A stretch of DNA of 61,217 nucleotides, the filler included, from Bipalium vagum (lineage: Eukaryota), in NCBI GenBank assembly GCA_037834085.1. It is 3 parts of 3 records of this genome, joined end to end, with 100 filler letters (N's around TTAATTAATTAA, not from the genome) between each part and the next. Parts side by side here need not be neighbours in the genome. Positions count along the whole stretch, not along the records: positions 1 to 21,231 come from JBBMKC010240195.1; positions 21,332 to 44,103 come from JBBMKC010217021.1; 1 more part is not named here. One strand, 5' to 3'. The notes beneath the pieces were generated by a model, which did not search any database, was not told the origin of the DNA, and saw only the letters and a program-made list of their open reading frames with translations. The position numbers and the translations under genes were made by a program. Every line of letters starts with the position of its first letter. The first letter of the stretch is position 1. Below are positions 12,453-25,769 of this stretch, piece by piece.

Positions 12453-15400
12453 TGAACAAATATCAAGCATTATCGTGATTCCCATCGCTTCTCAAAAACA
12501 GTAATTTTCATAGATTATTTCTTTAAAAGAGAAATATTGACCGATATTGACCAGAAGTAGCCAAGGATTTCCTGATTGGAATTGTATTTGTGTTGGTTTC
12601 ACCAGTGGAATGGTCAAGTTTTACGATCAGGTTCATTCATTTTAAAAAAGGACACTTATATAATGTTACCCTTTTCCATTGATTTCAAACAGAGCGGACA
12701 GCTGATTTTTACACAAAAGTTCCACAATGTCAAAGTTGAACAAATACAACTTCACGGCGGTCCTTCCTATAACAATTCGGGAATTATGGATGAAAACCTG
12801 ATGATTCTTTACAATAATTGCTGTTTCCAGATTGAAGGATCTCATCTTTACGAATCATTGAACAAATTTAAAAAACAATTGGCTCGTATACAGGCTGGAT
12901 TTTTGGAACAAGATTTGGAGATTTTTCAGTTAAGCTATAAAAAATGGCTTATCGATTATCAAGAAAATGTAACCGGTGCCATTTTCGGATGTAAGTAAAT
13001 GCTTTTTCTAAAAATTCATAAGTAATTGAGTTCATTGATCTATATCTCCGTTCGATTTAATTTTATTAATTATTTTGACAATTCTAAAAAGATTTTGTTA
13101 ATTAGTGGGTTTTTTGGTACATATCAATAAGATAATTTTTTATTGATTATTATTAACCTTTGTATCTTAAATTTAAAAAATGTGTTTTTCAATAAAATTT
13201 ATTAACAACTTTTATTGATTTTTAAAAATGAATTTAATTATTTTTAACGATGTTTTATTATGTTAATTAATATAAAATACCAAAATTGATTTTTTAATTT
13301 TACTAATCTTTTTACTGTGTTTATCGATTATTATTATTATTTTCATTATTATATGTTCAGATGAAACCAGTGATTGTGTCTTAGACAACATTTTTATACA
13401 TGCTTCAAACAAAGGACCATTTGCATCGGTACCTGATCAGGTGTCAAAGCACATAAATTGTGCTACAGTAGGCAAGAATCCGTTTATTGTGTTTTACCGA
13501 TTACCTTTAGTAAGATTTATTATTAACCTTTTATGAAATTTTTAAGTGAATTTTTTTAACAAAGGAAGCTGATTCTTTAAATATGGGAGACTTGGCTCAA
13601 GCAGTTTATAGCAAAGTGAAAGGTGCCATATCTTCATCGTAAGTTTTCTCTTAATCGATTTCTTTCAAAGTTTAAACAATCAATGAGAAACAGAAAGACG
13701 GTTCTTCTACTTCTTAAAAATCTATAAATCTAATTTTTTTCATACTCAGTTGTTTATTGATTTATTAATAATAATCAATATTTTTGTAAAATTAGTTTAC
13801 AATATCTTACAAAATACTTAAAATGCTCACTAGTTCAATTAATTTCTTTAAGTGGAAAAAATGTTTTATATAAAGAAAAAATATTGATTTTCTGTATTTA
13901 TGATATAATTAAATCTTAAGGTATAAATAAAACAATTTTTTTCCAAATTCCAAGAATACGTAAAATTTATTTCGGATTTTTAAGTATATAACCAGCCGAT
14001 CAAAAGTATTAGTCAAAGCAATCGAATTTTCAAATATAACATAAATAGAACTTTATTTACACATGAAAAAATGTTTTACAGCTAACTTATTTATTTATAA
14101 AATTTAACAACCCTTTTCATATTAATTATTGGGTTGTAAAGCTCAAAATCCAACTAATACAATTTATTTAAAAAATGAATTTTTACATAGATAAAATAAA
14201 AAACTAAAAAAGTAATTTCCATTGTTATGATCTTTTGCCACCTTGCAGGTAAATTCATGATTCCTTCCTCATAAAAACTGGTGGACTTAGACATAAAGAA
14301 TTTGTCCAAGGCGTTTTTGATATCGACCTCTTAAGAAAATTCTTTTCCATTCAGATAATTTTGAAGAGACCTGAACAGATGATAATCTGAAGGCGCGATA
14401 TCAGGTGAGCACGCCGGATGAGGAAGAACTTCCCATTCTAATGCCTTAAATTTTTCCTGTACGATTTTTGAAATATGGCGTCTGGCATTGTCATGTTGAA
14501 TGATGACATTCTTTCTGTTTATCAATCCTGATCTGGATTTTTTTTAATTCCACCTCGTCTTCCTAATTGGTCACAATAAAACTGTCCTGTGATAGTTATG
14601 TTACGTGGTAAAAGATCGTTATATATTACTCCACGATAATCCCACCAAACAGACATCATAATTCAGCGAGGATGAAGGTCTGGTTTGGCAGTGGGTATCG
14701 GCTTCTGGCCAGGCGTAAGTCATTGCTTTTTTCTTTTCATGTTGTCGCAGCACACCCACTTCTCATCTCCTGTTACAATTCTTTTTAAAAAATTATCGTT
14801 ATTGAATCTTTGGAGAAGAGAAGAACAAGTCAACAATCTGCGCTTTTTGTTGTTTTCACTTAAGCAATGAGGAATCCATAACCCTTGCCTATGGACTTTG
14901 CCTAATTCATGAAGATGAGGGGCAATGGTAGTGTGAGAGACCTGAAGGTGATCTTCCAAATGACACTTTGTACACAGAGGATCTCCATAGATAAGAGATA
15001 GAAGAATATTGTTATCCAAATTTGATGAACTTCCTCCTCTTCTTTCGGAAATATCAAAATTTCCGCCTTTTAATCTTCTAAATCATCTTTGACATTTATC
15101 TAGTGGTAGATTTCATTCAGAATAGGTTGTTGATATATTTTTAAATGCATTTAAGCTGGTTGATCCCTTTCTAAATTCATATATCAAACAATGCCTGAAA
15201 TGAATTTCTTCAGTATTCATCTAAAATTAATTTTATCTAATTATTTAAAATGTTGCAAAATTATTAAATCAAACTAATCAGTAAAACAACATGTTACTAA
15301 CATTTAATTAATAGTAGTTATTATTTTTTTTATTTATTATTGAGAAATATGGTCTCAAAAATTAGTTTATAATAAGTTGGATTTTAAACTTTACAACCTA

Positions 15401-18400
15401 ATAGAACTAAGAAGAAAAATTATTTATTTTATATCATATATAAAATTCATCAAAGTAGCCTCCGTGATTTTTAATAACAGCTACACAAATCTTTGGCATA
15501 CGATTGATCTATTTCCGTAGAGTTTCTGGTGTTATTGCAGCCATTGTACTTGTATTGTTTCCCAAAGACTTTGTGCTAAGATGGCTGTTGTTGCCGAACT
15601 TTTCTGTCAAATTTATCGCTTAGCAATTCAATAGGATTAAGATTTGGCGATTGAGGAGACCATTCCATTACTTGGAGGATATTCTGCTGTTCTAACTCCT
15701 CCAAGTAGGCTTTGCATATATTGCTGGTATGTTAATGATCATTATCATGCATATATTTCTTTTGAAATAAGTCTCCCAGATGGCCTAAAAATCTTTTCCA
15801 AAATATCCTTATAAACATTTTTTGTCACTGTTCCTTTTATTTTGTGCAATTAGCCAAAATTTTAAACCACTTCCAAACTTCACTTTAATAAAAAAATTTT
15901 TCTTATATCTTTTTGCAGCAAATCTTCTAAATCAAGTTCTGCGAAGAGAACCGAAAATTTGGAAGTTCGATTCATCTGTCTAAATATCCAATCCCAATGT
16001 TAATTGGTCCATCTCAGTCTGTTTGCTTTATTAACTTTTCTTAATAAAGGTTTTTTTGCACCTACTTGACCGTACAAGCGAAAACTGCTTAGCCTGCCTT
16101 TTATGGTAGATATATTGACATTCACTTAATGAAATTCGTTATATCTTGCAGCTATAATTCCTGATGTTAGGCGTTTATTTAACGGGCAAGTTTTCTTAAT
16201 TTCTCTATCTTGCACCACTGATTGACTTCATGATATCGTTGAACTTAGAATTTATGAAGAGCCCATTGCACGCAACATCTACAGATATTTTTATTTTCTG
16301 AATGATAAACCAGAGCTCGCTCTGTTATTGTTAATTCTCTTATTTTATACATTTGTCTAATTATATTTTTATGACAAATAAGCACAACTTACTTCGGAAA
16401 CTGCACAATACTAATAAAAATAAATCTATGTTATAAAACAATGAAAATTTGTTTAATGTGTTTGTTTAATAGTAGTGTCTTTAAATTAAATGCAACATAA
16501 AGCAATATAAAACTATAGTGGAATCTAAAAATAAATGCAAAAGTTAAGAAAGAATCTTATCTCCAATTTCGACATCCACGTACTCTGTAGTTTCTGAAAT
16601 CATTAACTTATATCAAATTTAAAATTTAATTTGAGATTTGCAAACTGACAGATAACACAGTATTTTTATAATCTGAATATATATATAGATTCTTTACAAA
16701 TATGATCTATTCATGATATATTTAAAATTGTTATATTTCATGATTTTTAAATTTCTATAATAAGAAATGTACAAAATTTTAAGTAATTTTAAATAATTAT
16801 GAAAAGAATGGGTAACTTATCTTATTTGACATAAATATTTTAAAAACCACATAATTATTGATTATCATGAAATGAAAACTTCAATAAAATATTTAAAAAT
16901 GTTAGAATAAAATAATTAATTTATCGATTTTTAAAAAAAAACTAATAATTTCAAGAATTATGAAAAGAACTGAAAAAATTATTGTTTTTATCTTGATATT
17001 TTAAAAAATATTAATAAGGCAATTGATTTTTCTCAATTGATATTGATTATTTTTTATTATTTTATTCTATTTATTAATTATTAAATATTTAATGACAATT
17101 ATTATTTCATTAATTATATTCTGTTGGACATTGAATATCAATTCATTTAAAAAAATAAGTAAAATTATCACTCTGTTGTTTTTCTTAAAAATATTTAAGA
17201 ATATTAATTTTGGTTTCTGATAATGAAAAAATGTATTGAAATGTGTTTAAAACCACTTCCCTTAAATCTAAGATCGATTGTGTTTCGATAAATGTAGATT
17301 CTCGTCGTGGCTGGGTTCTCAAGCTAAAGCTCAACCGGTTAAAAAGCCTGATGTTCCAAATTCAGAAGTAACTTTACGTCTTCAAACCAGACATTTGTTG
17401 GAAGAATCGAATCGGAAATCGATCTCGATCATCGGTTGTCCACAATTCAATGCACGTTCCAAATTGGCAGCTGTAACTGATAATTTTGGACGCGTATTTC
17501 TGATTGACATTGACGACGGTACCATTATTCGGATGTGGAAAGGTTGGTGAAGACTTTCAATTGAATTTAGAAAAAATCGGATTGGTTTTTTTTCATAGAA
17601 GACTTTTTTATATTTTCAAAATTCTAGGGTACCGTAACGCTCAAATTTCCATTACAACGTCCTCGGTTGACAGACGTGTCAACTTTCTTATCATTTACGC
17701 TCCAAGGCGATCAATAATTGAAATATGGACGATTCCTTTTGGTGATAGAGTCGCTACTTTTGATATGGGAGATCGAAACGGTCGATTATTACACGTCCCA
17801 CATCGATTGTTAGGATATTCTCGATCTTTGAAAAGGTACAATTTTCCTATTTCATTAATAAAATTTTTTCAAAAAATCAATTAAAACAAAGTGAGATCAT
17901 TTAGTTAAAGGATAATAATATTAATTTATTAAAAAGTTATTAATTTTTAATTAACTTCAATTAAATAATAATTTTTTTTAATTTTATTTAAATTTTATTA
18001 TTTTTTTTAAATTAAAGTTTAATTCATTTTAAAATGGTTATTTAAATTGATCTTAAATTATTATAATTATAAATGCTTTATTAAATTTAATGAATTAATA
18101 AAAATTATTAATTATTTAATAATGATGATCATTAATTAAAATCGATATATAAATATAATTATTTTAATACATTTACTTATTGGATTGTCTGAAAGTCACT
18201 TCGCATTTTTAGTAAAAAGTAAGACCAAAAGTTTGATTAATAAATATTTTAATTAATGATGTATTGTCCTTTTTTTCCAAGACCTTCTGCCATCTATCAG
18301 ACAATTTGAATATCCCAACCTTTAAAATGGCTTAAGTGCTTTAAATTAACATTTAAAGATAGATATAAAAAACGAAGTGACTTTCCGAACAGCCCAACAT

Positions 18401-19590
18401 TATAATTTTGAATTTAATCAATAACCAGTGATACTAAAATCAAGCAAACATTGTTAAAAATTAAAAATTTTTTTCCCGCAACTCTTGTTACACTATTGTT
18501 TTTTCTTAAAAACAGTAATTATTCAATTAGAGAGCTGTAAATTTATCGATCCTCATATATAATTTGTAAAGTTAAGGTTTTTTGAGAAGGCTATTTTCTT
18601 TACTAATATTTTATTGTCTTTGGATTCAATGGAAAAAGTGTAATCGGATTTAAATAAGAATAACATTCAGCCCTCAAAAACTGGGACAATGTTTTTCCAC
18701 ATTTTTTCTCGACAGTGTTGGTAAACTGTTCGTTATCGAGATACCATTCCATCTCAGTCTCGTAAATTCCAGTAACGAAAGATCTCAAGACCATTTAGTG
18801 CTGAAGCATTTCAAGAACTTGCTCAAAGAACAGAATTGTTCTAGTCCCGATTTAAAAAGTGAGAATGAAACCATTTTTTAAAAAAGATAAAGATCATACC
18901 TGTTTTGAAAATAATTTCTCTTTCCTATGTTCAGCAATCAGAGAAGAATTTTCCCTATCTCTTAACCTGATGAAGTTATCCGGATCGATACATTTGTTGA
19001 TAAACACAATAGTCTGGCAATCGTTTCTTTCTGTGGAGTTTTTGATTTCCATTTTCGAGGACGTGCTGCTCGGCGAATTCATGAAGAATTCAAGTTAAAA
19101 TCAGTATTTACTTTGTTAATTAATTTTTTGCTTGTCTTTCAAGAAACCCTAGCTCCTTGTTCACCAGCAAATGAGATTTCGAGACTACGTGTCAGCTCCC
19201 ATGAAATGCTTTTACTGTTAAAGTTTTATCAGGATTTGAAAGAAAGATCATCGACAAATGATAATGGTGATGATGGTCAGCAGAATCAAGAGCCTATCCA
19301 AGTATGAAAATCGATTTTTTTCGACCCTTTAAAATGTTTACATGAATCTATTTTGTATCAGGATTTGGAATCGTTATTGAACCTGGATATCGATGATTGT
19401 GAACGGGTTCAGAAGTTATTTTGTCTATATCGCAAATATCACGAGGCCTCCCGGTTCAGGTTTTCGGAAAATGATAATTTTCATCTTTTTACTGATAACT
19501 TTTCATCGATTGAATATAATTCTCCGAACAGTTCAGTTCTTACTTTCCAGTTAGCAAAGCACGTTCTAGGGAAGACCGTTTCCAATTTAG
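12453..19590 (+). CDS. RAB3GAP2: Rab3 GTPase-activating protein non-catalytic subunit (partial, multi-exon)
   Basis: In-phase GT-AG exons 12453-12500, 12555-12630, 12693-12990, 13361-13509, 13565-13638, 17298-17542, 17628-17835, 18659-18858, 18935-19093, 19144-19301, 19362-19590. They encode [59 protein letters not shown] and IPFHLSL, all characteristic of RAB3GAP2. 5' and 3' exons were not located. Confidence 0.9.
14129..15401 (-). mobile_element. Mariner (DD34D) element, full length, inactivated; in RAB3GAP2 intron
   Basis: ~27-bp TIRs (TTRGGTTGTAAAGYTYAAAATCCAACT) with TA on both flanks. Transposase from ATG 15220 with [19 protein letters not shown] and [12 protein letters not shown]; stops and frameshifts present. 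Confidence 0.93.
15440..16587 (-). mobile_element. Degenerate Tc1-like element in RAB3GAP2 intron
   Basis: Minus-strand motifs [28 protein letters not shown] and C-terminal [23 protein letters not shown] end at ~16587. Confidence 0.75.
18180..18397. mobile_element. 218-bp internally deleted mariner (MITE-like)
   Basis: Imperfect ~25-bp TIRs (ttggattgtctgaaagtcacttcg / cgaagtgactttccgaacagcccaa) with TA/CA flanks. The interior retains the mariner C-terminal RWQKV..GQYI remnant. Confidence 0.75.
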
Positions 19591-21231
19591 GTGAGGAGAA
19601 TATTTTGTTAATGACTGATTTTTCAATTAATATGTGCCATGGGCCGTTGGAAGGGTTTCCACGGATCTATTTGTTATTGATTATTATTTTTAAAAAGCAC
19701 ACATTTATTCATAGTTCATATCGATTGATATTTATTGGTTGACCTTAAACATCATATTTGACCAATGAAATTATTTCTTTTCAGATATATTTTAAAGATG
19801 ACTTAAATTAAAGCAAAATTAAAATTAAGTAATAATGTTCTGATTAATATTTTGTGTACTACTAAATATACAGTCCAATATTTAAAAATCAGAATCTCTT
19901 CACTAGCCAATAGCTAATCACCTTTTCCATTAGTTAATGAAGAATCCGACCGTTTTTAATTATTCAACTCAGTTAGAACGTATTCGTCAGAGCTGAAAAA
20001 TCAACTACCTTAGGTTTCCTTAAAAAATAAATGTTTTATTTTTAATATGGAAAAGCTAGTTAAAAGTTTTAGGAATTTTTAATTACTATATAATAATTAT
20101 AATTACTATATAATCATCAATTAAAATATTATTATCACTATCAATTACTAATACTATCCTATATATCATCAATTATTATTATAAAAATAAAAATAGTTAA
20201 AATGAATGAATTAAAAAATCAATTGTAAATGGGAATCAGATTGATCATTGGAAATCAATATTGCTCTGATATCATCATACAAAGCTGTCATAAATGATGT
20301 GGAAATTGTCTGCCTAAGTCTGGTCTACAATGCGATTATGATACTTATTTACGCAAATTTTTCTGCGAATTCATCCAATAAATAAATGAAATAAAAAAAT
20401 TCGATATCATTATGTTGATGTCCTTAAGTAAAAAATTCCTTCCAGTCCCATTGTTGTTTTTATCAGTAAAATTTGACAAGTAATTTTTTGCAACTATTTT
20501 TCCCAAAAAATATTTATAACAGCAACAGATTTACCAATGAAACAACACTAGATTTGGAAATACAAGAATGATTTGTTAATAAATATAATAAAAAATATAA
20601 TTGAATAAAATTACAATAAAAATAATTAGAAATAATAAAATATGTAAGACAAATTTTTAAAAAAATTTATTTAATCATTATTATTATTTTCATTTTTTTA
20701 TTATTATTATTATCATTATTATTATTACTTATCATAGTAATTCAAAAGTATTATAATGATAGGTTTTTCAATATTCAATAAATGTATTTCCGGTAAACAA
20801 TCCGTCGAAGAAATTTTACATTTGGTCATTGTTCAGACAAAACTTGAACCAGTTTCCTGTTTCGTAAGTTTTAACGTTTATTCATAATACATGTTAATCA
20901 AATCAAAAATTCCTCAATAATCTGAATAAAAATCGATTTAATTTTTGATTTATGTTAAATATTTTACTTATTGAATTGAATTTTATTTTTTCTATTTTAT
21001 AAACGAAAGGATTTTTCTTTTCAAAGGATTTTTCAAACATACTCATTCTCGAAAAATAAATTGAAAGAATAGTTAAATAATATGAAAGGAATTTTTTAAA
21101 GTATACTAACAGTTTTTATAATTTTTTCTGTGGAATCGATATTTTCAATTATTTTTTATATCAGGTTGTGTAGTATGAAATTTGTAAAATGAAAAACAAA
21201 GTTTATTAATAAATTACAAATAAAAGAAACT

Positions 21232-21331
21232 NNNNNNNNNNNNNNNNNNNNNNNNNNNNNNNNNNNNNNNNNNNNTTAATTAATTAANNNNNNNNNNNNN
21301 NNNNNNNNNNNNNNNNNNNNNNNNNNNNNNN
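21232..21331. other. Artificial contig-joining spacer (44N-TTAATTAATTAA-44N)
   Basis: Exactly 100 bp. The central 12-mer gives stops in all six frames. An identical structure occurs at 44104-44203. Confidence 0.97.
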
Positions 21332-21769
21332 AAAACAAAGGTTATGCTTGTAAATATTAATTACAGGACCTATTTGTATAATTAATCTTATTTTTTAAAA
21401 TAAATGTTTTTAAATATGTACTTGTTTTAGTTTTCTTTGTTTTCTATTGGTGTCCCTAAACTTTCCGCGGGTATTGTAATAAATTAAATGTAGAAATGGA
21501 AGCTTTGCTTCGGAGAGCGAGAAGTTTTTCTCTAAGCCAACGGCAGCTTCGCTTGTATTATTTAATTCAGAAATACTTCGATCACATAACAGCATAGAAT
21601 GTCGCAAATTTTCTTTCGTTGGCTGATATATTTACATCGAGATTATTAAATATTTTGAAATTTGAAAATTTTTTGACAATTAAAATTTTACCTTTAGAAA
21701 GCCATTACCATTACTAAAATGATAAAAAAATCATTAAATAGATATTGTTACTATTATCCTTAAACTTAT

Positions 21770-21832
21770 CTTAGCGGTCAGATAGGTCCATGCGCATGTG
21801 AAAGATCCTGGGTTCGAATCCCAGTATCTCCG
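21770..21832 (+). pseudogene. tRNA-derived fragment (tRNA-Ala-like 3' half; pseudo-tRNA or SINE head)
   Basis: Perfect B box/T arm CTGGGTTCGAATCCCAG followed by TATCTCC and preceded by GCATGTGAAAGAT. The 5' acceptor strand and D arm are not intact. Confidence 0.55.
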
Positions 21833-22369
21833 AGTAATTTTCAACTAGCAATTATTATTATGATCCTTAGTCTTCGTACCTTTGTTGAACCAAACATAAT
21901 TATATAAGCGAAGATTCAAAAGAGAAAATATTATTAAAAAATATTTTCAATTTCAATTTTTTATTATTGTTTAAAAGATGCTACGATTTTAACAAAAGCT
22001 TAGTTAATAGATAGATATTTATTTTTAAAAATACATATTAAACGAAAAAATTTTAAAATATGGTCATAAAATAATAAAGCTTATTTTGATAATTTTGATT
22101 CACTTTTGAAGCAAGCACGTTAATAACATAAATGGTGGGGTAAGTAAAACTCAAGAACTAAGGTTACATAGTTTATATTATATAAATATAACATTTAATA
22201 TTATTGTTAATCTTACCGTTCCGGGAAAACCCCAACATGAATAAGATTCTCAATAAATAAATATAATTGTAATTCGGATTATACAATTTCTATCGCTAAG
22301 ATAAATTTTTAATACATTGATTTTTTATTTATATATGATCAATTTTACGATTTTACAAAATACCACCTG

Positions 22370-23746
22370 ATGTGTCTTGGCGAGGGAAATTATCCCAGTT
22401 GTCTAGTTGTTATTTACACGTCTTTAATATTTTTTACAATTGGGTTGACAAACATGGCTGGAGTCCCAATATTTCCTTCGTTACTTCGACAAGAATTGTT
22501 GACTACTAAGAAGAACGAAAGTAAAGCTGACCGTATCGCTTTAATCAATATTAGAATGAGTTATATTATGGGCATAAGGTGTTTGGTACATCTTTTCTTA
22601 ACACCAGTTTTTGGTTATATTGCAGACAAGGCTGGTCCAATGACATTGGGTTTTTGTGGAATTTTAGCTGAAATATCTGGTTGCTTACTAATGGGATTTG
22701 GAAAGTCGTTTATCATTTTGTTTTTCTCTCGACTTGTTGAAGGAATCGGATCAAGTTCTTCAACCGTTTCTGCGCTCTCTTTCATTTCTTCACAATTTAA
22801 AGATTTTGAAGAACGTAGTTGTCTAATGGGTTTGACATCAATATCCATAGTTTTGGGGAATTATACCAGTCCACTACTAGCTGGATATCTTTATGAAAAT
22901 TTCAGATCTATCGGTCAATTAATTTTGTTTTTTTCAATTATTGGACTTAAGGTGTTGGTGATAATTTGCCATTTTCTTATTGATTTTAAATTACCCATAC
23001 ATCATAAGGTTCATGATGATCTTTCTAATAATCCCGAAACTGGAGAAACCAAAAAAGATTCGAGTTTAATCGAACCTATCATAGAAAAAATAGGTTCGCA
23101 TGAAAGCTTAAACATTATTATTGAATCAGATTTCGTAACTCATAAACATATAGCCACTCCAATTCATATTTTATTAATAGACCCATATATTGAAATATGT
23201 ATTTTTGGTATCATTATTTGTCATTTACCACACTATGGACTTTTGAGTACTCTGTCAATTTGGATGAATGTGAAGTTTGGTGTAAATGAAACAATTCAAG
23301 GATTGGTTTGGTTGCCATCTTTTGCTTATAATATTGTCACCTATCTCATAGGAATTGCCTTAATAAAGACTCAAGTAAAGTATAGTTATATTTATTTAAT
23401 AGTCTCATTCATAATTTGTGGATTGACTAGCATTGCCTTACCCCATGCTACTACTTGGTGGATCATTATGATACTGTTGGGAAACTTTGCATTCAATCTG
23501 ACCCTTGTTAAGTTTATTCTTTTACCTTTAGTAACTCTGGTTAGTGATTCAAGGCACAGCTCTGCTCATGGAACAGTAGCAGCTATCATCAATGAAAGTA
23601 TGCAAATTGCTGCAGCAACCTCATTTTTTGGAGCTGGTCCTATTGTCAACCATTTCGGATTTCTTACATTAAATGTCCTCATAGCAATTATTTCATTCGT
23701 TTATTGCCCGTTCTGTCTATTTTTGAAAGGATTTTTTCAAGAATAA
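22370..23746 (+). CDS. Intronless MFS transporter, SLC18 family, divergent vesicular acetylcholine transporter (VAChT)-like
   Basis: 458 aa with about 12 hydrophobic segments and MFS motif A (GYIADKAG). SLC18/VAChT-like blocks: VPIFP, SRLVEGIGS, TPIHILLIDPYI, GLVWLP, DSRHSSAHGTVAAI. Confidence 0.85.
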   Translation: MCLGEGNYPSCLVVIYTSLIFFTIGLTNMAGVPIFPSLLRQELLTTKKNESKADRIALINIRMSYIMGIRCLVHLFLTPVFGYIADKAGPMTLGFCGILAEISGCLLMGFGKSFIILFFSRLVEGIGSSSSTVSALSFISSQFKDFEERSCLMGLTSISIVLGNYTSPLLAGYLYENFRSIGQLILFFSIIGLKVLVIICHFLIDFKLPIHHKVHDDLSNNPETGETKKDSSLIEPIIEKIGSHESLNIIIESDFVTHKHIATPIHILLIDPYIEICIFGIIICHLPHYGLLSTLSIWMNVKFGVNETIQGLVWLPSFAYNIVTYLIGIALIKTQVKYSYIYLIVSFIICGLTSIALPHATTWWIIMILLGNFAFNLTLVKFILLPLVTLVSDSRHSSAHGTVAAIINESMQIAAATSFFGAGPIVNHFGFLTLNVLIAIISFVYCPFCLFLKGFFQE

Positions 23747-25769
23747 AACATTTACCACTGGAAAATGTTGAGCGTGAAATTTATAAATTAGCACCTGGAA
23801 CAATTTGATTGTTAAATGTCCTGATCCAGTGAATAAATAATTATATTTTTGTATTCTAAAGTGTAGTATATGATAAAATTACAATCAATTTGTTTTAACA
23901 TTTCTTTTAACTATTTATTAATATATTAATTATTTGTAAGTAATGATTTAAGTGAATAATCAAAATAAATCTTTCCACGGACAGAAATTTATTCGTTCAA
24001 TTTTATTATTCATAGCTTTATTTTTATTATTTTATAGTATATAGTAATTTTCGGATTGCTAAGCAACTCAAATAATCGTTGAATGTTGGTTTCGTGATTT
24101 TTTTTTATTACGAATTCAAAGTTCAGTTTGGACATGTTTGCTTCGTTGTTAATTAGAAATATTTATTGATTGTTTCCGTAAAACAATTAAAGGTAGCTTT
24201 AAAGAACAAAGTCCATTTTTAAAATTTTTTTTTATAATTTACTTGATTCATGATAAACTTTTAAAGAAATTTAGATTTCCACTAATTGGAATAACTTTTA
24301 TTTAATTCTGAACAATGGAAGCACTATTCTGAATTTTTTCAAAAATTATTTAGAAATTTCATTAAGAAAATCATTAATAGAAAAATTATTTGATTTTGTA
24401 CTAACATAAACAAAACCACAAAAACAGTTAAAAAATTAACATTAGACTGTTATATATTATGTTAATGTTATCTAAAAAAATTTTAACCATCAATGAAGCT
24501 ATATGAAACCATCATTGATACTTATCAAGTCACTTTTGTTCGTTCATTTTGAAATTCTCAGATAGAAAAGGTAATTTTTTGACGATAGTAACTTTAAATC
24601 TTTCTAAAACTATTTTAAAATATTATTTCATTTAATCACTTAATGTGGTACTTTTAAAAAAATGAAGTGAATTAAAAGCTTTGCAAATGGTCAAATCAAC
24701 TTTAAAAATAATTCTTATTATTATATTAGATTTTCTGATCTAAACACACTAAAACGGATATTTAAAGAAGTTTATAAATCAAATATAGAAAAGGAAACTC
24801 ATAAAAATAGGCTTAACAAATATAGATGAACTAAACAAATAAACCATTGATGAATACTGATATGAATCGTCGGTGAAGCAATGACATAACCTTAAGAAAA
24901 GCATGTATTTTCATATCAACAATGTTATCGAATTAATTACTCATTGCAGAAATTATGCAATACGACGCAGAAAGCGTGGCAAACCATGACTAATGCCCAA
25001 AATTAAACAATTCGTCATTGTCATAATTACCGCCATGAAGACACACAATATCTTTCTCTACCACAACACTTCTCTAAGTGAACCAACCCCACCATTATTC
25101 CTTTTCTCACGTTCCATCCACAATTACTCAGCCTAAATATTAAAATAAATAATCAATAATCGATAAAATATAAAAATACAACACATTCCAATTTTAACTC
25201 ACTAACAATTTTTAATGATCATTTGGCTTTAAGTTTTGCACCCTTATTCGGAATTTTTAATGCTTGTCGCAGTTTTTATTAAGTTTGCCCGGATGACAAA
25301 TGTATGACACACAAACACATTCTATATATCAATAAAACGTTAAATTCACTTCGTCTCTTCAGAGATCTCATCTCTCCTCTCTTTCCCCATTTTTTTCTCT
25401 ATCTCATAATTAAAAAAACGAAATTAAACAAAAAATTAACTGGAAAATTAAAGAAAAATAAATTAATTCATCATATTAATCAAATAATAATCAACACATC
25501 TGTATGGAGATAAATATAAATTTTATTATTAAATACAATTTTTAACAATCATGCTGCTATCGACGAGTTTAACAAATATTTATTGAAATGCTTTGATTGA
25601 TTTTTTTGGATTTTTCAATACGATACTTTCTAAAGTCAATATGAAATGCATTTTGATAAATAGATGCTATTTTTAACAAAGCAGCACCTACATTAATGAA
25701 TGCGATTCTCTCTCTCACTCTCACACACAGACACAATCTCTTTCTCATGGAAACACGCTCAAGGCGGTC

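Noticed and set aside
21276-21287. TTAATTAATTAA as a biological palindrome (also 44148-44159)
   Set aside because: It is centred in symmetric N runs and is an assembly linker.
21410-21630. Continuation exon of RAB3GAP2 or another gene
   Set aside because: It lies beyond an artificial join and no frame gives a recognisable motif.
21770-21832. Functional tRNA gene
   Set aside because: Only the T arm and 3' acceptor strand are intact; there is no pairing 5' strand or proper D arm.
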